DNA from: Eledone cirrhosa
Taxonomy: Eukaryota
Assembly (NCBI GenBank): GCA_964016885.1
Contig: OZ024747.1
Coordinates: forward strand, 58,466,001-58,530,000
DNA length: 64,000 nucleotides
Reading direction: 5' to 3'
The number at the start of each line of letters is the position of its first letter. Position 1 is the stretch's first letter. The notes below the pieces were generated by a model, which was given only the letters and a program-made list of their open reading frames with translations, ran no database searches and was not told the origin of the DNA. This document shows positions 13,964-25,353 of this stretch, piece after piece. The position numbers and the translations under genes were made by a program.

Positions 13964-14728
13964 ATTATTACTATGAGGCACATCATCCTTAAGTATTATT
14001 TTCTCTGAGAGGCATTGATGGAACAATGTTGACTCGCTCTCTATAAAAAAGTGATATCTTTAATATCTGTCTTTCTCCTAGGCACAATTCAACTAAAGAT
14101 AAAATCTATAAATTTATGATGTTAGTTGGAAGTTATTTGAAATGACCACACCTCATACCAATGTTACCAAGAGATGTTGTCCCTGTTTCAGTCAAAACGT
14201 TAGAATGATACAAGGTTTGTCGTCTCTGAACAATAATTATTTGAAATCAAAGAACGAGGTTTTTAGAGGATGTCTGCATCCCACATACCAACTCCTTCCT
14301 ATGTGGAAACCAATTTTCGACAAACTACATATTGTTTTATATAATTTCTTAATATCTGTTTTCGTTTCCCACGTTTACATAATACGGTACACCTTCTATT
14401 ATACCAATCTACTCAGCTTCATAAACACTAAGACCCCTGTATTACACACCACCACATAATACCATACATCTGCTATATTGCCTACGCACTAACTCAAGTA
14501 GACGTACATTGTCATTTCAAATTTGCTCCTTTGAGTTATTTCATTCTGTTTCTCTGTGTTTGCTTAAGGAAGCGTTTAATACGCTCTATTATTAACTATA
14601 TCTCCACATTTGTCCGAGCGACTGCAGACTGGGTCACAGATTTGATCTATCTTACACAATGGAGACATGGTCAAAATTGAGCCTACAAAACCTAGGTAGA
14701 GCTGTTCCGTGTATGAACATAAATGAAT

Positions 14729-14890
14729 AATTGTTTCTACTTTTGGCACAAGGCCAGCAATTACCCAGTGCATTACTGGTACTTTATTTTATCGACCCCG
14801 TAAGGATGAAAGGCAAAGTCAACCTCGGCGGGATTTGAACTCAGATCGTAAAGGGACGTAACTATGCTGGAAAGCATGGCGTCCGACCCT
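14729..14890 (-). mobile_element. Nin-core SINE, 5'-truncated, ~20-bp TSD
   Basis: GTATGAACATAAATGAATAA at 14711-14730 and 14891-14910. Confidence 0.9.
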
Positions 14891-15417
14891 GTATGAACAT
14901 AAATGAATAATAATGTCCATACATATATATGCGTGTGTGTGTATGTGAGTGTTTGTGTGTATGTATGTGTATGAGTGTGATTGTGTCTGCTTGTATATGC
15001 ATGTATATGAATATGTGTATGCATATCACATGTATGTATATATGTGTATATGTATGTGTATATATATATGTGTGTATGTATGTATGTATGTATGTATGTA
15101 TATATATATATATATTGTGTGTGTGTGTATATGTATATATATATATATATATATATAAGTATGTACACGTAGACACTACGGCTTAATACGGGATGTTTGT
15201 TTACAAACACACCGAGCATTATAATAAATGTTAGGTGAATCCATACGTACATATATATATGTGTGCATGTATGTATATATATATATACATATATACTACT
15301 GTACGTTTGTCTGTATACATATATGTATGTACGTGAACATACTTATATTTAAGTAACAGCCGTACTAAGAGTGGGAAATGAAATTTCGTTTCATTTTTTC
15401 CGTTTATATATTTATAT

Positions 15418-15630
15418 AACGAAAGAATTGTGGTAAGGAACCAGGTGGACCATAACGCACTAGAGTACTCAATACTTAGGGTAGTAGAGTGGGTAATAGG
15501 AAAAATGATGGCGCCGACAGCAGAGCGGAAGCCGTTTCGACGGCTATTTCTGGACTAAATTAGAATTCAAATTTAGTCAAGAAATAGCCGTCGAAACGGC
15601 TTGAGCTCTGCCGTCGGGGTCATACTTTTT

Positions 15631-15634
<4 letters not shown>
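15418..15634. mobile_element. Fold-back mini-element family B (3' half of a hammerhead on each arm)
   Basis: Arms ~15496-15562 / 15569-15634 centred on GAATTC; the right arm reads GAAA-CGGC(TTGAGCTCT)GCCG-TC-GGGGTC and the left arm is a diverged mirror; flanked by TA repeats. Confidence 0.8.
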
Positions 15635-15668
<34 letters not shown>

Positions 15669-16547
15669 TCATCTGTTTATATATTTCTTTTATTTGGTCT
15701 TTCTTTATATATGTATATATATATATAGAGCGGGGAGAAAGAGAGAGAGAGATGGGGAGAGAAAGAGCGAAATCCGGAGTGAGGAAAAATACATACATTT
15801 ATATTGAGAGCAGTAAAGTAATATATATTGTTAAGTCGAATAGTTAAAAAGATTGTAGAAAGATATATCGTATTAGAAAGAAAAAAATAAATGCTTTTAG
15901 CATACAAACGGAGTATATCATTTCTCATAGAATAATTATTTCAAAAGAACCGGGATTTGTTTTATTTTTTATTGTATTATTATTCTGTATCAATTGTTTC
16001 ATATTATTTCTTATGGTTATGTGAGATGCTTAAATAAATTGAATAAATTGGATAGTGGAAAGCAGAATATCTTATTTCAGTCGTTTTCCTTGGCAACGAC
16101 TGTAACTCTGAAACTAATTCCAGTAAAATTCTGAAACAATTCTACTTATTGCCTTTGATGATTGCCATGATAATAGATGAACTCACGCAAACGGCTTCTT
16201 CAATGTATTATTTCAGTTATTAACGAGTTAGGAAAGAAATAGATAGAGGTATCGTTCCTACATCCAGCGTATTCTTAACCATTATTTACATATTATATAT
16301 AATGTCGTTTGGCAATATTATTCTACGACTAATATGAAATGCTTGAATCTCCTTCACGAAAAAGAGTTTACTCTTTTAGACTGACCCAACTTGGCTATTA
16401 TTAAATATTTTTTTTATTATATCTAGAAATTAACTAAATAACTTGAATTTCGCCTGCGCCTCTTGCCCTCTTTTCATCTCTCGAATATATTGTTACAATC
16501 TTTCCGTATATATGAATTTATATACGTATATATGAATGAAATTGTAA

Positions 16548-16645
<98 letters not shown>

Positions 16646-16699
16646 TCACAAACACATACACACACACACAAACGTACACACGTACACACACGCGCGCGC

Positions 16700-16806
16700 C
16701 AATGAAGACAAGTTAAATCGGTGACTGACAAAATTCTTTTCGTCCAATCCACAAGAATTCTACAGAGATGGAATCCTGAGCGTTCCTAAAAGATACAAAT
16801 TAATAT
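16700..16806 (+). mobile_element. Mariner transposase C-terminal relic
   Basis: FFSSNPQEFYRDGILSVPKRYK resembles the mariner C-terminal FF.S.P.EFY..GI..L..RW. Confidence 0.5.
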
Positions 16807-17229
16807 GACATGTAAAATTTTCCAAATGTTAAAAAATGCCAAAATCGATAAAAGGTCAGGGCTCCGGTTTGCCCTTTTGCTAACAGATTTTAACCACCTA
16901 ACGGAGGCGCTTTGTGCATTTAAATCAGATGGAGATGTAGCCAAGATCTAGCTTGACTTTCGATACGTTTCCTTTGCTTTTAAACCTATATTTAAACGGT
17001 TTCTTGAGCTCAGAGAAATAACGATGGTACTCATGGTCGCGGTGAGAGGTCAACAGTGTCACTGGCAGCACCAGTATTCCATTTATGATTCTTTCAGAGT
17101 TACTTCACATAGAGTACTTTGAAATAAAAATATAATTCCATCAAACGCAATGGAGGTCGTGTTTATTCCTCTATAAATATATTTGCGTGTGTCTGTGTCT
17201 ATGTGTTTGTGTGTGTGTATACATATTTG

Positions 17230-17578
17230 TACACACAGACACAGACACACAGGCACAAAACGTTTTTTTTTTCCATTTCAAGTAGAGGCGCTCCATCATT
17301 CAGTTTTCTAAAAATATATATCATACACAAAACGCCAACATCAACGGTTTTGCAAGAGATGGTAACATGAATGGACCTATTGTCTTTCTCTAAAAAAAAT
17401 GTTTACAATTACACCTCATCCATCCCTTCAGTCTATCTAATTTCTCATTCTTTCCTCTGGTGAAGGACTAGCGTCCGAAACGTTAAGAGCCTCTTCATGC
17501 TATTTCAAGCATTAACCTAATATATTCCTTCTGTATACTGTACCGATTGTGCTGTTATTTCTGTTTACCTTTTACACA
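17230..17578 (+). mobile_element. 3' UTR-only copy of the Neptune-type PLE
   Basis: Matches 3200-3510 and 10400-10710 (ttccatttca.gtaga.gcgctc...ggactagcgtccgaaacgttaag...ctgtttacctttaca), followed by (TA)n. Confidence 0.88.
17453..17488 (+). ncRNA. Minimal hammerhead motif (Neptune PLE 3' UTR)
   Basis: TCCT-CTGGTGA-A-GGAC(TAGC)GTCC-GAAA-CGTT-AAGA. Confidence 0.7.
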
Positions 17579-17581
17579 AAC

Positions 17582-17631
<50 letters not shown>

Positions 17632-17641
17632 AAATATCTAA

Positions 17642-17926
17642 GACTAAAGACTGCCTCAAGCCAGACGGCTCATCAGGCCAGTCTTTATTCCGGTTTCAAT
17701 GGCGTTAGGTGATTGACAGAACAATAATCCCCCTGGAGAGGACGCCATGCATCGCACGATTTAAAGTCCCAGGTATTGGTGGTTATCATTTTCAACTGAG
17801 TATACTGGAGCAACATGAAATGAAGTATTTTATCAAGAACACAACACACAACGCAGTCCGGGAATTGAACCCACAACTTTATGATCATAAGTCCAACACC
17901 CTCACCATTGCTCAACGTGCTTTCAC
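17642..17926 (-). mobile_element. Second tRNA-derived SINE family (V/Meta-like core)
   Basis: Minus strand tRNA-like head with B box GGTTCAATTCCC, core tgtgttcttgataaaatacttcatttcatgttgctccagtatactcag and 3' gaaaccggaataaagactggcctgatgagcc; a faint relative lies at ~57025-57135. Confidence 0.7.
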
Positions 17927-18561
17927 ACACGCTCACACAGACACACGTATATATGTATATATATATATATATAAAGTGAGAGCGGTCCACCTTTCTTCCC
18001 ATCACAAAAGGACGTGGATGGAGAGATACCTTCGCACACATAATTGATGAGTGAATCGTCATGAAAATAATTTATTTGCTGAGTTAAAAGCAACACGGTG
18101 TGAGAATTTAAGCTCATCATTTGAAATAAGGCATCAAATTTAATGGCTCGGTGATATCGTTTCAGTGACTTTGATGTTTACTGAAAGATTAACACAAACA
18201 TTTTGATACGATGTCACATCAGTGTAAAAGTTTTTAGCAGTAGGGTGTGTTACGGTTATTAGATTTTTCAAGTCAGTAGTTAATCTGGTTTTATTAATGG
18301 TGGTTATCACGCTTCCATCGACGGTCGTTCAGTGAGATAGTATAGATTTCACTTTGTAGTTTCCAGTACTGAAATGGTAATCGGTCTAGGTAGACGAGTA
18401 ATATTTAAGTCTTTATTAGATGATCAACAAGTGTGAGGTGTTAATGCTGTAATAAGTCAAGCAGAATATTCCGATGGTAATTGACTCATTAGTAAACCTC
18501 ACAAAATGACATATATTGGGTGTCTATGTGTATGCATAGGATTATATGTACGTCTGTATGC

Positions 18562-18617
<56 letters not shown>

Positions 18618-18749
18618 ATGAATGTCTGTCAGAGATTATGTGCATATATATGCGTGATTTCGTGTGGATATACATAACTCTCTCGCGCACACACACACAC
18701 ATACACAGATATATACATACATACATACATACATACATACATACATACA

Positions 18750-18782
<33 letters not shown>

Positions 18783-19528
18783 GTGTGTGTGTGTATGTGT
18801 GTGTCTCTCTCTGTGTGTGTGTGTGTGTATTTGCTTAACAGACATTCTTCGCGATTTTTTAGTCAAAGAGTAAATAGTACATGCGAGAAGGAGAGCAACT
18901 GACTCACAATGACGTAGCTGGTTATTTACCCGAGAATGCTTAAGCCTTGCGAAAGCTAATGCATAACGAACAATTATTTGCTAAAAAGTTACCTTCTGGA
19001 CGTTATCGATGTTATTCAAGAGAATGGCAAATACCTTCATATCAGTCAGGGATACGAATTTGTGCATGATATCTTGTGCATGATATCTTGCCCAAAATTA
19101 TATCTTTTCTACTAATATTCCGATATATATATATATATATGTATAAAATATATATAACCAATTACAACAGTGATATATGCAGATACCTAGGTTTCGTAGG
19201 CATATACTCCCATGCAGGTGTATATCACAACGAGGCAGAGTCCCTTGTTTATATATAACTGGCTGAATGCGTTGATGTGTATAACCGAACGAAAATTAAC
19301 TACCTCTATATGTGACAGTTGTAACTGGTTATACTTAATTTGTGCTATGAACTGAGTGGTCTTACCCTTGAATATTTCTACTAAACTTCTATGCCTACAT
19401 ATACCTAATTGTATACATACATAGTCACACACACACACACACACTCACATACACACACACACATACATACACACACACACATATATATATATTATATATA
19501 TATATATATATAATATATATATATATAT

Positions 19529-19694
19529 AACAGAGATGGTGTGGTAAGATACCAGGTGGGCCATAACACACCAGAGTACTTGATACTCGGGGTAGTAGAG
19601 TGGGTAATATGAAGTGAATTAGGACCCCGACGGCTGAGCTCTGGCCGTTTCAACAGCTCGATCCGAACTGAATAGCCGTCGGTGTCCTGATTCT

Positions 19695-19700
<6 letters not shown>
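19529..19700. mobile_element. Family B element, related subfamily
   Basis: gtggtaagataccaggtgggccataacacaccagagtac...gaccccgacggc matches 38163-38255; partial inverted arm to 19700. Confidence 0.75.
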
Positions 19701-19780
<80 letters not shown>

Positions 19781-19799
19781 TATATGAACACACTCACAA

Positions 19800-20432
19800 A
19801 CACTTACACTATTTTCGCACCTCGCAACCATACATCCACTCCACACAGAAACACACACACACGTCGTGCGTATCCTCACATACACACACTCAGCCTCCGG
19901 ACTCAACACGCCCCCTCTCCCCCACCCCCCTGATCCCTCTCCATCTACATGCACACACACACACCGACTTTCACCGGATGTACACACCGGTTTCCCTATT
20001 ACCCGAACAAGGAACCTCGTTCTTCCCCCAACTCTCACATTCACATGCACACACACACACACACCTACACATATACAGGCACCACCTACAGCCCTCCCCG
20101 CTCGGTCCCCCCGTATCCCTCTCCCGTCCCTCTCCACCCACCACCACCCCTACACGCCTCACACAGTTTCACCACTTGTTTCATTTTAATTTTGTTTACC
20201 CTCTAAAAAATGTTTTTCCTCCCTTTTCTCTCCCCCAATTTCAATGTCTTTCCACCACTCCCCCTCACATCCTCGGAACTCTTGTCCTGCCAACTTTTCT
20301 CCCGATGAAGAGCTTATGCCCGAAACGCCCCCCTCCACCCACTCTCAAGCATGAAACTAATATTAACATGTGTACTGCCTCTTCGCTTCCACGTTGTTTT
20401 TGTGTGTTTTGTTTACTGTCTCAACTATAAGA
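19800..20432 (+). mobile_element. C-rich PLE-type 3' UTR with degenerate hammerhead
   Basis: C/A-skewed tract; 20302-20328 CCGATGA-A-GAGC(TTAT)GCCC-GAAA-CG; TA repeats on both flanks. Confidence 0.55.
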
Positions 20433-20461
20433 TATATCTATATCTATATATATATTATATT

Positions 20462-20670
20462 AAATAACAGGAGGCTAGACGTGTAATACCTTGAAAGGTT
20501 TATATTCCATGATCATTTCAATAACCGGGTTCAGTATGAGTCCGGTGACATCATCAGGTATTTGAAGCATAACAAAGGAATAGAATAGACAAAATCCATG
20601 GGGCTGAAAATCAGAGTCATGAGGGCGACCGATCATTTAGCAGCTTCTACCCCGGTCGGCCGCCCTCAAA
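20462..20670 (-). mobile_element. HHR-bearing island
   Basis: Minus strand AATAC-CTGATGA-TGTCACCGG...CCGGTTATT-GAAA-TGATCA-TG (~20562-20507); terminal hairpin GAGGGCGACCGA/TCGGCCGCCCTC at 20621-20667; its terminus acgtc..gcctcctgtt recurs at 31564-31583. Confidence 0.55.
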
Positions 20671-20943
20671 TATATATATATATATTTATATATTGTAGGG
20701 ATTTTCAAACACGGAAACAGCTGTGAGACCGCCGGCTGTTGCAATGACCATAGCAAAGTGTTGGACACAATACCTCTTGATGAATGGAACAGCATGCAAA
20801 GAAGAGGTGAAAGTGAAAATATGCTAGGAGTGCGAGACAGAACGAAAGGAAGTGAGCGTATAGCATATGGTGAGAGATGGGAGTGTGATAGTGAGAGAGG
20901 GAAAGGCAGAAAGAGTGACAGAGTGGGAGAGAGAGATCATATA

Positions 20944-20988
<45 letters not shown>

Positions 20989-21001
20989 TTAATATAGAAG
21001 A

Positions 21002-21050
21002 GATTCTACAGGACTAGAACTGTTTCATTCATTAGAAATCATCAGGAATC
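21002..21050 (-). ncRNA. Mirror-image complete type-I hammerhead
   Basis: Exact reverse complement of 21054-21102. Confidence 0.85.
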
Positions 21051-21053
21051 AGG

Positions 21054-21102
21054 GATTCCTGATGATTTCTAATGAATGAAACAGTTCTAGTCCTGTAGAA
21101 TC
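21054..21102 (+). ncRNA. Complete type-I hammerhead motif
   Basis: GATTC-CTGATGA-TTTC(TAAT)GAAT-GAAA-CAG(TTCTAGTC)CTG-TA-GAATC; predicted cleavage after GUA at 21097; U.U mismatch at base of stem II. Confidence 0.85.
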
Positions 21103-21185
21103 TCTTCTATATTAAAACTGTTATACTCTGCTATGTATTGAGTACCTTACTTACTGTGGTTACCTCCGATTCAACCCGGAATAAC

Positions 21186-21258
<73 letters not shown>

Positions 21259-21269
21259 TCACATATATT

Positions 21270-21700
21270 TTTATTGTTTGACCCGAATTACTAGGTCGAT
21301 TTTTTTGCCTGTGCGGATGATTGGTTTAACCACCTTCTCAGTGTGTTTGGCCTTTAACGTATGTTATAGCTCTGATTCATATGAATCATCGAGCGCTTGC
21401 CACACATCTCGGAATTTGTTTTTCGTTAATTCCTGAGCTGAAATACGTTTCTCGCTAATTTATATTTATATATATATACATATATATATATAATTTCAGT
21501 GAGGTCGAATTTGGTAGTGGTCGAAAACAAAGCGAAACGCAATTTCCGAGTTATGCGGCAAGCGCTCCATGGACTAAAAAAAGACCAGAGCAATAAACAT
21601 AGGTTATAGAGGCCAAACAAACTGAGAATGGCGGTCAAGAAGCCATCAGTCACCTAAGCCAAAAAAAACAAAGCAAGCTAAACAGGTCAAACAAAATAAT
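21270..21700. repeat. Inverted pair of an unclassified ~190-bp repeat around a short (TA)n; third copy at 5543-5700
   Basis: ttctcagt.tgtttggcct...gctctg...gagcgcttgcc..cat..ctcggaa on + (21325-21415) and on - (21540-21628). Confidence 0.65.
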
Positions 21701-22115
21701 ATTTACCTGGACCTCCGCAATTGATGGTATAATCCAGTAAAGGATTTCTGCGACACCTAAATCAATTATACTGCCTGCTTCCATATTAAACTTTTGGTTT
21801 AATGATCGATCAAGGCTGCCACTTCGTCTACAGTTATTTTGTTCTCAGCCATATATATAAATATATATAAATGTAACCTGAGTTTTTCGAATATCAATAA
21901 TAACATTCGATTCGTTTGCAATTATGCAAACAAGGTGCAATGTTATAGCCATGTCAATAGAATGACTCTTCATTCTTGATTCTATGTTGGCATGCGAACA
22001 GAACTGCAGATACTAATGTTTCTGGGTATGACCCTTCATCAGTACAGCTCACTGTTCACCTGCCAAACTGTCAGAGCTAGTGAAAATATATGCTATTTTC
22101 AAAAATACACAGTGA

Positions 22116-22221
22116 CTGATCGGCCTGATTTGCATATTAGCAGGCTGGCTGACCAGTCAGACTGCATATTAGCAGATCCACTGATCAGCCAGATTTGTAT
22201 ATCAGCAAATTGACCAATCAG
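22116..22221 (+). repeat. ~32-bp minisatellite, three full units plus a partial
   Basis: Units ctgatcggcctgatttgcatattagcag / ctgaccagtcagactgcatattagcag / ctgatcagccagatttgtatatcagca. Confidence 0.75.
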
Positions 22222-22333
22222 TTTCCTGTATGTGAGCGATAAATGTCCGGCTTTGCCAGATTCAAATAAAAAGAAAATTTCGCCCTACATGGCTGAATAC
22301 AATAAATGTAATCTGAGTTTTTCGAATATTAAT

Positions 22334-22518
22334 AATTGTTTCTACTTTTGGCACAAGGCCAGCAAAAACCCAGTGCATTACTGGTACTTTATTTTATCGA
22401 CCCCGTAAGGATGAAAGCCAAAGTTAACCTCGGCGGGATTTGAACTCAGAATGGAAAGGGGCGTAACTCTATGTATCAAAGCATGGCGGCCGACCCTCTA
22501 CTGATACTGCAAATCCAC
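22334..22518 (-). mobile_element. Nin-core SINE inserted in a local duplication
   Basis: Family match; flanks 22306-22335 + 22519-22582 duplicate 21872-21964. Confidence 0.88.
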
Positions 22519-22621
22519 AACATTTGATTCGTTTGCAATTATACAAACAGAGCCTCAATGTTATAGCCATGTCGTTAGAATGTATAGCGTCCGACCTCCT
22601 ACCGATACTGCCAATCCACAA

Positions 22622-22830
22622 TGTTTCTGATTTAGGTACAAGAACAACAACCTTTGGGGAAGGTAAAGTCGATTAAATGACCCCAATGCTAAACCGGTAC
22701 TTTATTTCATCGACCACCACATAAGGATGAAAGGAAAATTTAACCTTGACAGGATTTGAATTCAGAACGTAAAGAGCCGTAACACTATGTCGAGAAGCAT
22801 GGCGTCCGACATGCTACGAATACTGCCAAT
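22622..22830 (-). mobile_element. Older, longer Nin-core SINE subfamily
   Basis: Same head and core with an extra ggggaaggtaaagtcgattaaat segment. Confidence 0.8.
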
Positions 22831-23070
22831 GTAGTTGGTGTTTACAACAATAATAAATAGAATGTTGCAGAACATTAAATAAGTGTGGCGAATGAAAATA
22901 AAAAAAATAAAAAAATATATCTTCCCCATCAACCCGCCACCTTTTAATTCCATGGTTAAATGAAGTATTGCATATTATTAAGCGAAGGTGTGGAACAAGC
23001 CATCGAAAAGATGCATATGACAAAACACAACATACAGACGAATATATATATATATATGCATCAGAATGCA

Positions 23071-23166
23071 GGTGGTAAAAACCAGTTAGACCATTACTCA
23101 CCAGAGTACACGGTACGTGGGGTCTAGCTGTTGAAACGGCAAGAGTATAGCAGCCGGGGTCCCGAA

Positions 23167-23172
<6 letters not shown>
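23071..23172. mobile_element. Family B fragment pair
   Basis: ggtggtaaaaaccag...ccagagtac (terminus, minus) joined to gctgttgaaacggc...ggggtccc (plus). Confidence 0.6.
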
Positions 23173-23203
<31 letters not shown>

Positions 23204-23206
<3 letters not shown>

Positions 23207-23912
23207 TATTTGTGGTTTGGCGGGAAGTTCTTCTCTAGGATATTAAAGAATTTTTTAGGTATATTATCCTTAATTTGTAAATTAAATGGAGCATTATACC
23301 AAGTAACTCGTCTATTACGGTTTCGATGTTGTTTATTGTTTTTATAGGATGTATCCTGATGTTTATTAAGATAATTATTGTTAATGATTTCACCACACAC
23401 GTTTTGAGTTAGATTTATTGATTTAGGTGTTTCAGCTTGTTTATTAGGAGTTTTATTATTAACATTTATTAGAGTTGTAGGATGAGTAGTTTTTTGAGAG
23501 TTACTATATTGTATATTAGAAGAGTTAGAGAAATTTGGTTTTATGTTGGTGTTTTGGGGTATAGTGTGAGTGGCATTTAGGTGTGTATGTTTCATTTGGT
23601 GTTTGTTGATAATATTAGGTTGTGTGTTTGTAGTGTTATTGGTACAAGGTATATATATTAATTTATTTTTGTGGCCACTTCTAGCTAGAGCTTCGTTATA
23701 AAAGGTCGCATTTTTATCAAATACATCCTGGTTAGACGAAAGGTTAGAAATTCTAAGTGATATATTATATGAAAGGTTTTTAAGGATAGATTTAGGGTGA
23801 TTAGATTGTGAGTGTATGTAGTGTAAATGTTGGTTAGGTTTATGGTAAGGTTGGTAAATACCCGTAGATAAGTCTAATGTTATATCTAGGAAATTAACTA
23901 CTTTACTTGTGT
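23204..23912 (-). mobile_element. Penelope-like element internal fragment (RT C-terminus/thumb + linker), different lineage from the Neptune copy
   Basis: Open minus frame upstream of and including ORF 23170-23595: KVVNFLDITLDLSTGIYQPYHKPN..YIHSQSNHPKSILKNL...RISNLSS...FYNEALARSG, an N/T-rich tract, then RRVTWYNAPFNLQIKDNIPKKFFNILEKNFPPNHKY. Confidence 0.85.
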
Positions 23913-23929
23913 TATATACCTTTTACTGA

Positions 23930-24388
23930 CCTATTTTCACCCCTAAAATAACCTTCTCATTCATCACACTCCATTCAAAACTGAAATCTGCCTTATTCTA
24001 CACCCTAAAATAAACTTCAATTACTACTATTTTACCATTTGGCCAATTATTAACTTTCTATTGGTTAATTCTAAACCTGTTACCAAACAGACAGACTATA
24101 TTAGATCTTTGTTGGCTTCATTCAATGAACAAATATAATTATTTCTGAGGTCAGCATACAACCTATTTTCATCCCTAAAATAATCTTTCATTCATAATTT
24201 TCTTTTCCATCCAAAACTGAAATCTACCTTCCTCTACCCATAATTTAAGGTTCTTTTACTACTATATTACAATCTTGACCTTCACTATCTTTCTATTGGT
24301 CAATTCAAAACCTGTTCCCAAACAGACCTATTGTATTGAATCTTGGTTTTTTCAATAAACAAATATCATTATTTCTGAAGACAGCATA
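23930..24388 (+). repeat. Two diverged tandem units of ~230 bp
   Basis: 23930-24161 and 24162-24388 both start cctattttca.ccctaaaataa and end aacaaatat.attatttctga.g.cagcata. Confidence 0.85.
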
Positions 24389-24410
24389 TATATGTGTAGG
24401 TATGTATATT

Positions 24411-24502
24411 CCCTCTGATAGTTTGTATAAATATTTTACATAGATCTATAGAATATGCATACCAACACTAACACATATATATCCTAGAAACGATCGTAAA
24501 AT
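24411..24502 (+). ncRNA. Degenerate hammerhead motif
   Basis: CCCT-CTGATAG...GAAA-CGATCG-TA: palindromic stem III intact; core and stem I decayed. Confidence 0.35.
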
Positions 24503-24984
24503 GATGAATGTTTTTAATATAAGGAACTGTTTCTTTGTTTATTCATTATTTTATTAATTTATCTTGACTCTGTTTTCCGTTAATTTTCACCGCAAATAGC
24601 TTTTTAATGCATCTATTTTCATGATATCCGGATTACATTGAGTTCTTCATATGGATTGGACACTACCGTAAATTTTTGGTAGATTTATCTACATATATAG
24701 ATATATATATATGTGTGTGTGTGGGGGGGGGGGGGGGTTAGTAAAACACTCATGTGCTGAAGGCCCTTTTGTCCTTCCTCTCAGAATGCAACTTGTTCTC
24801 GGTCAACGACCGATTAGTTAGGGGTCCACAACATATGAGGACGGTAACTGAGAAATGTTTGGTTCAATGACGGGTGATTGCGGGTGTATGTACCGATCAT
24901 ATGGCCCTCCGGTGCGATTAAGCCATGCGGCTTCGTTTTCTGATGTGAATAGACCCGCAAACTATTTTGGTACAGGTGCACAAA

Positions 24985-25012
24985 TATATATGTATGTACA
25001 CACACACACACA

Positions 25013-25075
<63 letters not shown>

Positions 25076-25110
25076 GAATATAAATATATATGTATGTACA
25101 CACACACTCA

Positions 25111-25187
<77 letters not shown>

Positions 25188-25291
25188 GTATATAAATGTA
25201 TATGTATGTATGTATAGATATATATAAAGATATATGTGTATGTATATGTGTGGTGTGTATATATATATATATATAAATAAGTATATACGTA

Positions 25292-25353
<62 letters not shown>

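Larger units (their letters stand above)
20985..21186. mobile_element. Fold-back twin-hammerhead mini-element (family A) embedded in (TA)n
   Basis: Perfect 66-bp inverted arms 20985-21050 / 21054-21119 with spacer AGG, plus a unique tail to 21186; (TA)n on both sides. Confidence 0.88.

Noticed and set aside
17665-17700. CTGATGA and GAAAC in the V/Meta-like SINE tail
   Set aside because: Order and stems do not build a hammerhead; this is ordinary SINE 3' sequence.
18280-19045. Faint pogo-like (WLSRFHRR) and mariner-like (IDVIQENGKY) peptide scraps; similar TIR-like relics near 30607 and 36358
   Set aside because: Too short and degenerate to support without a database search.
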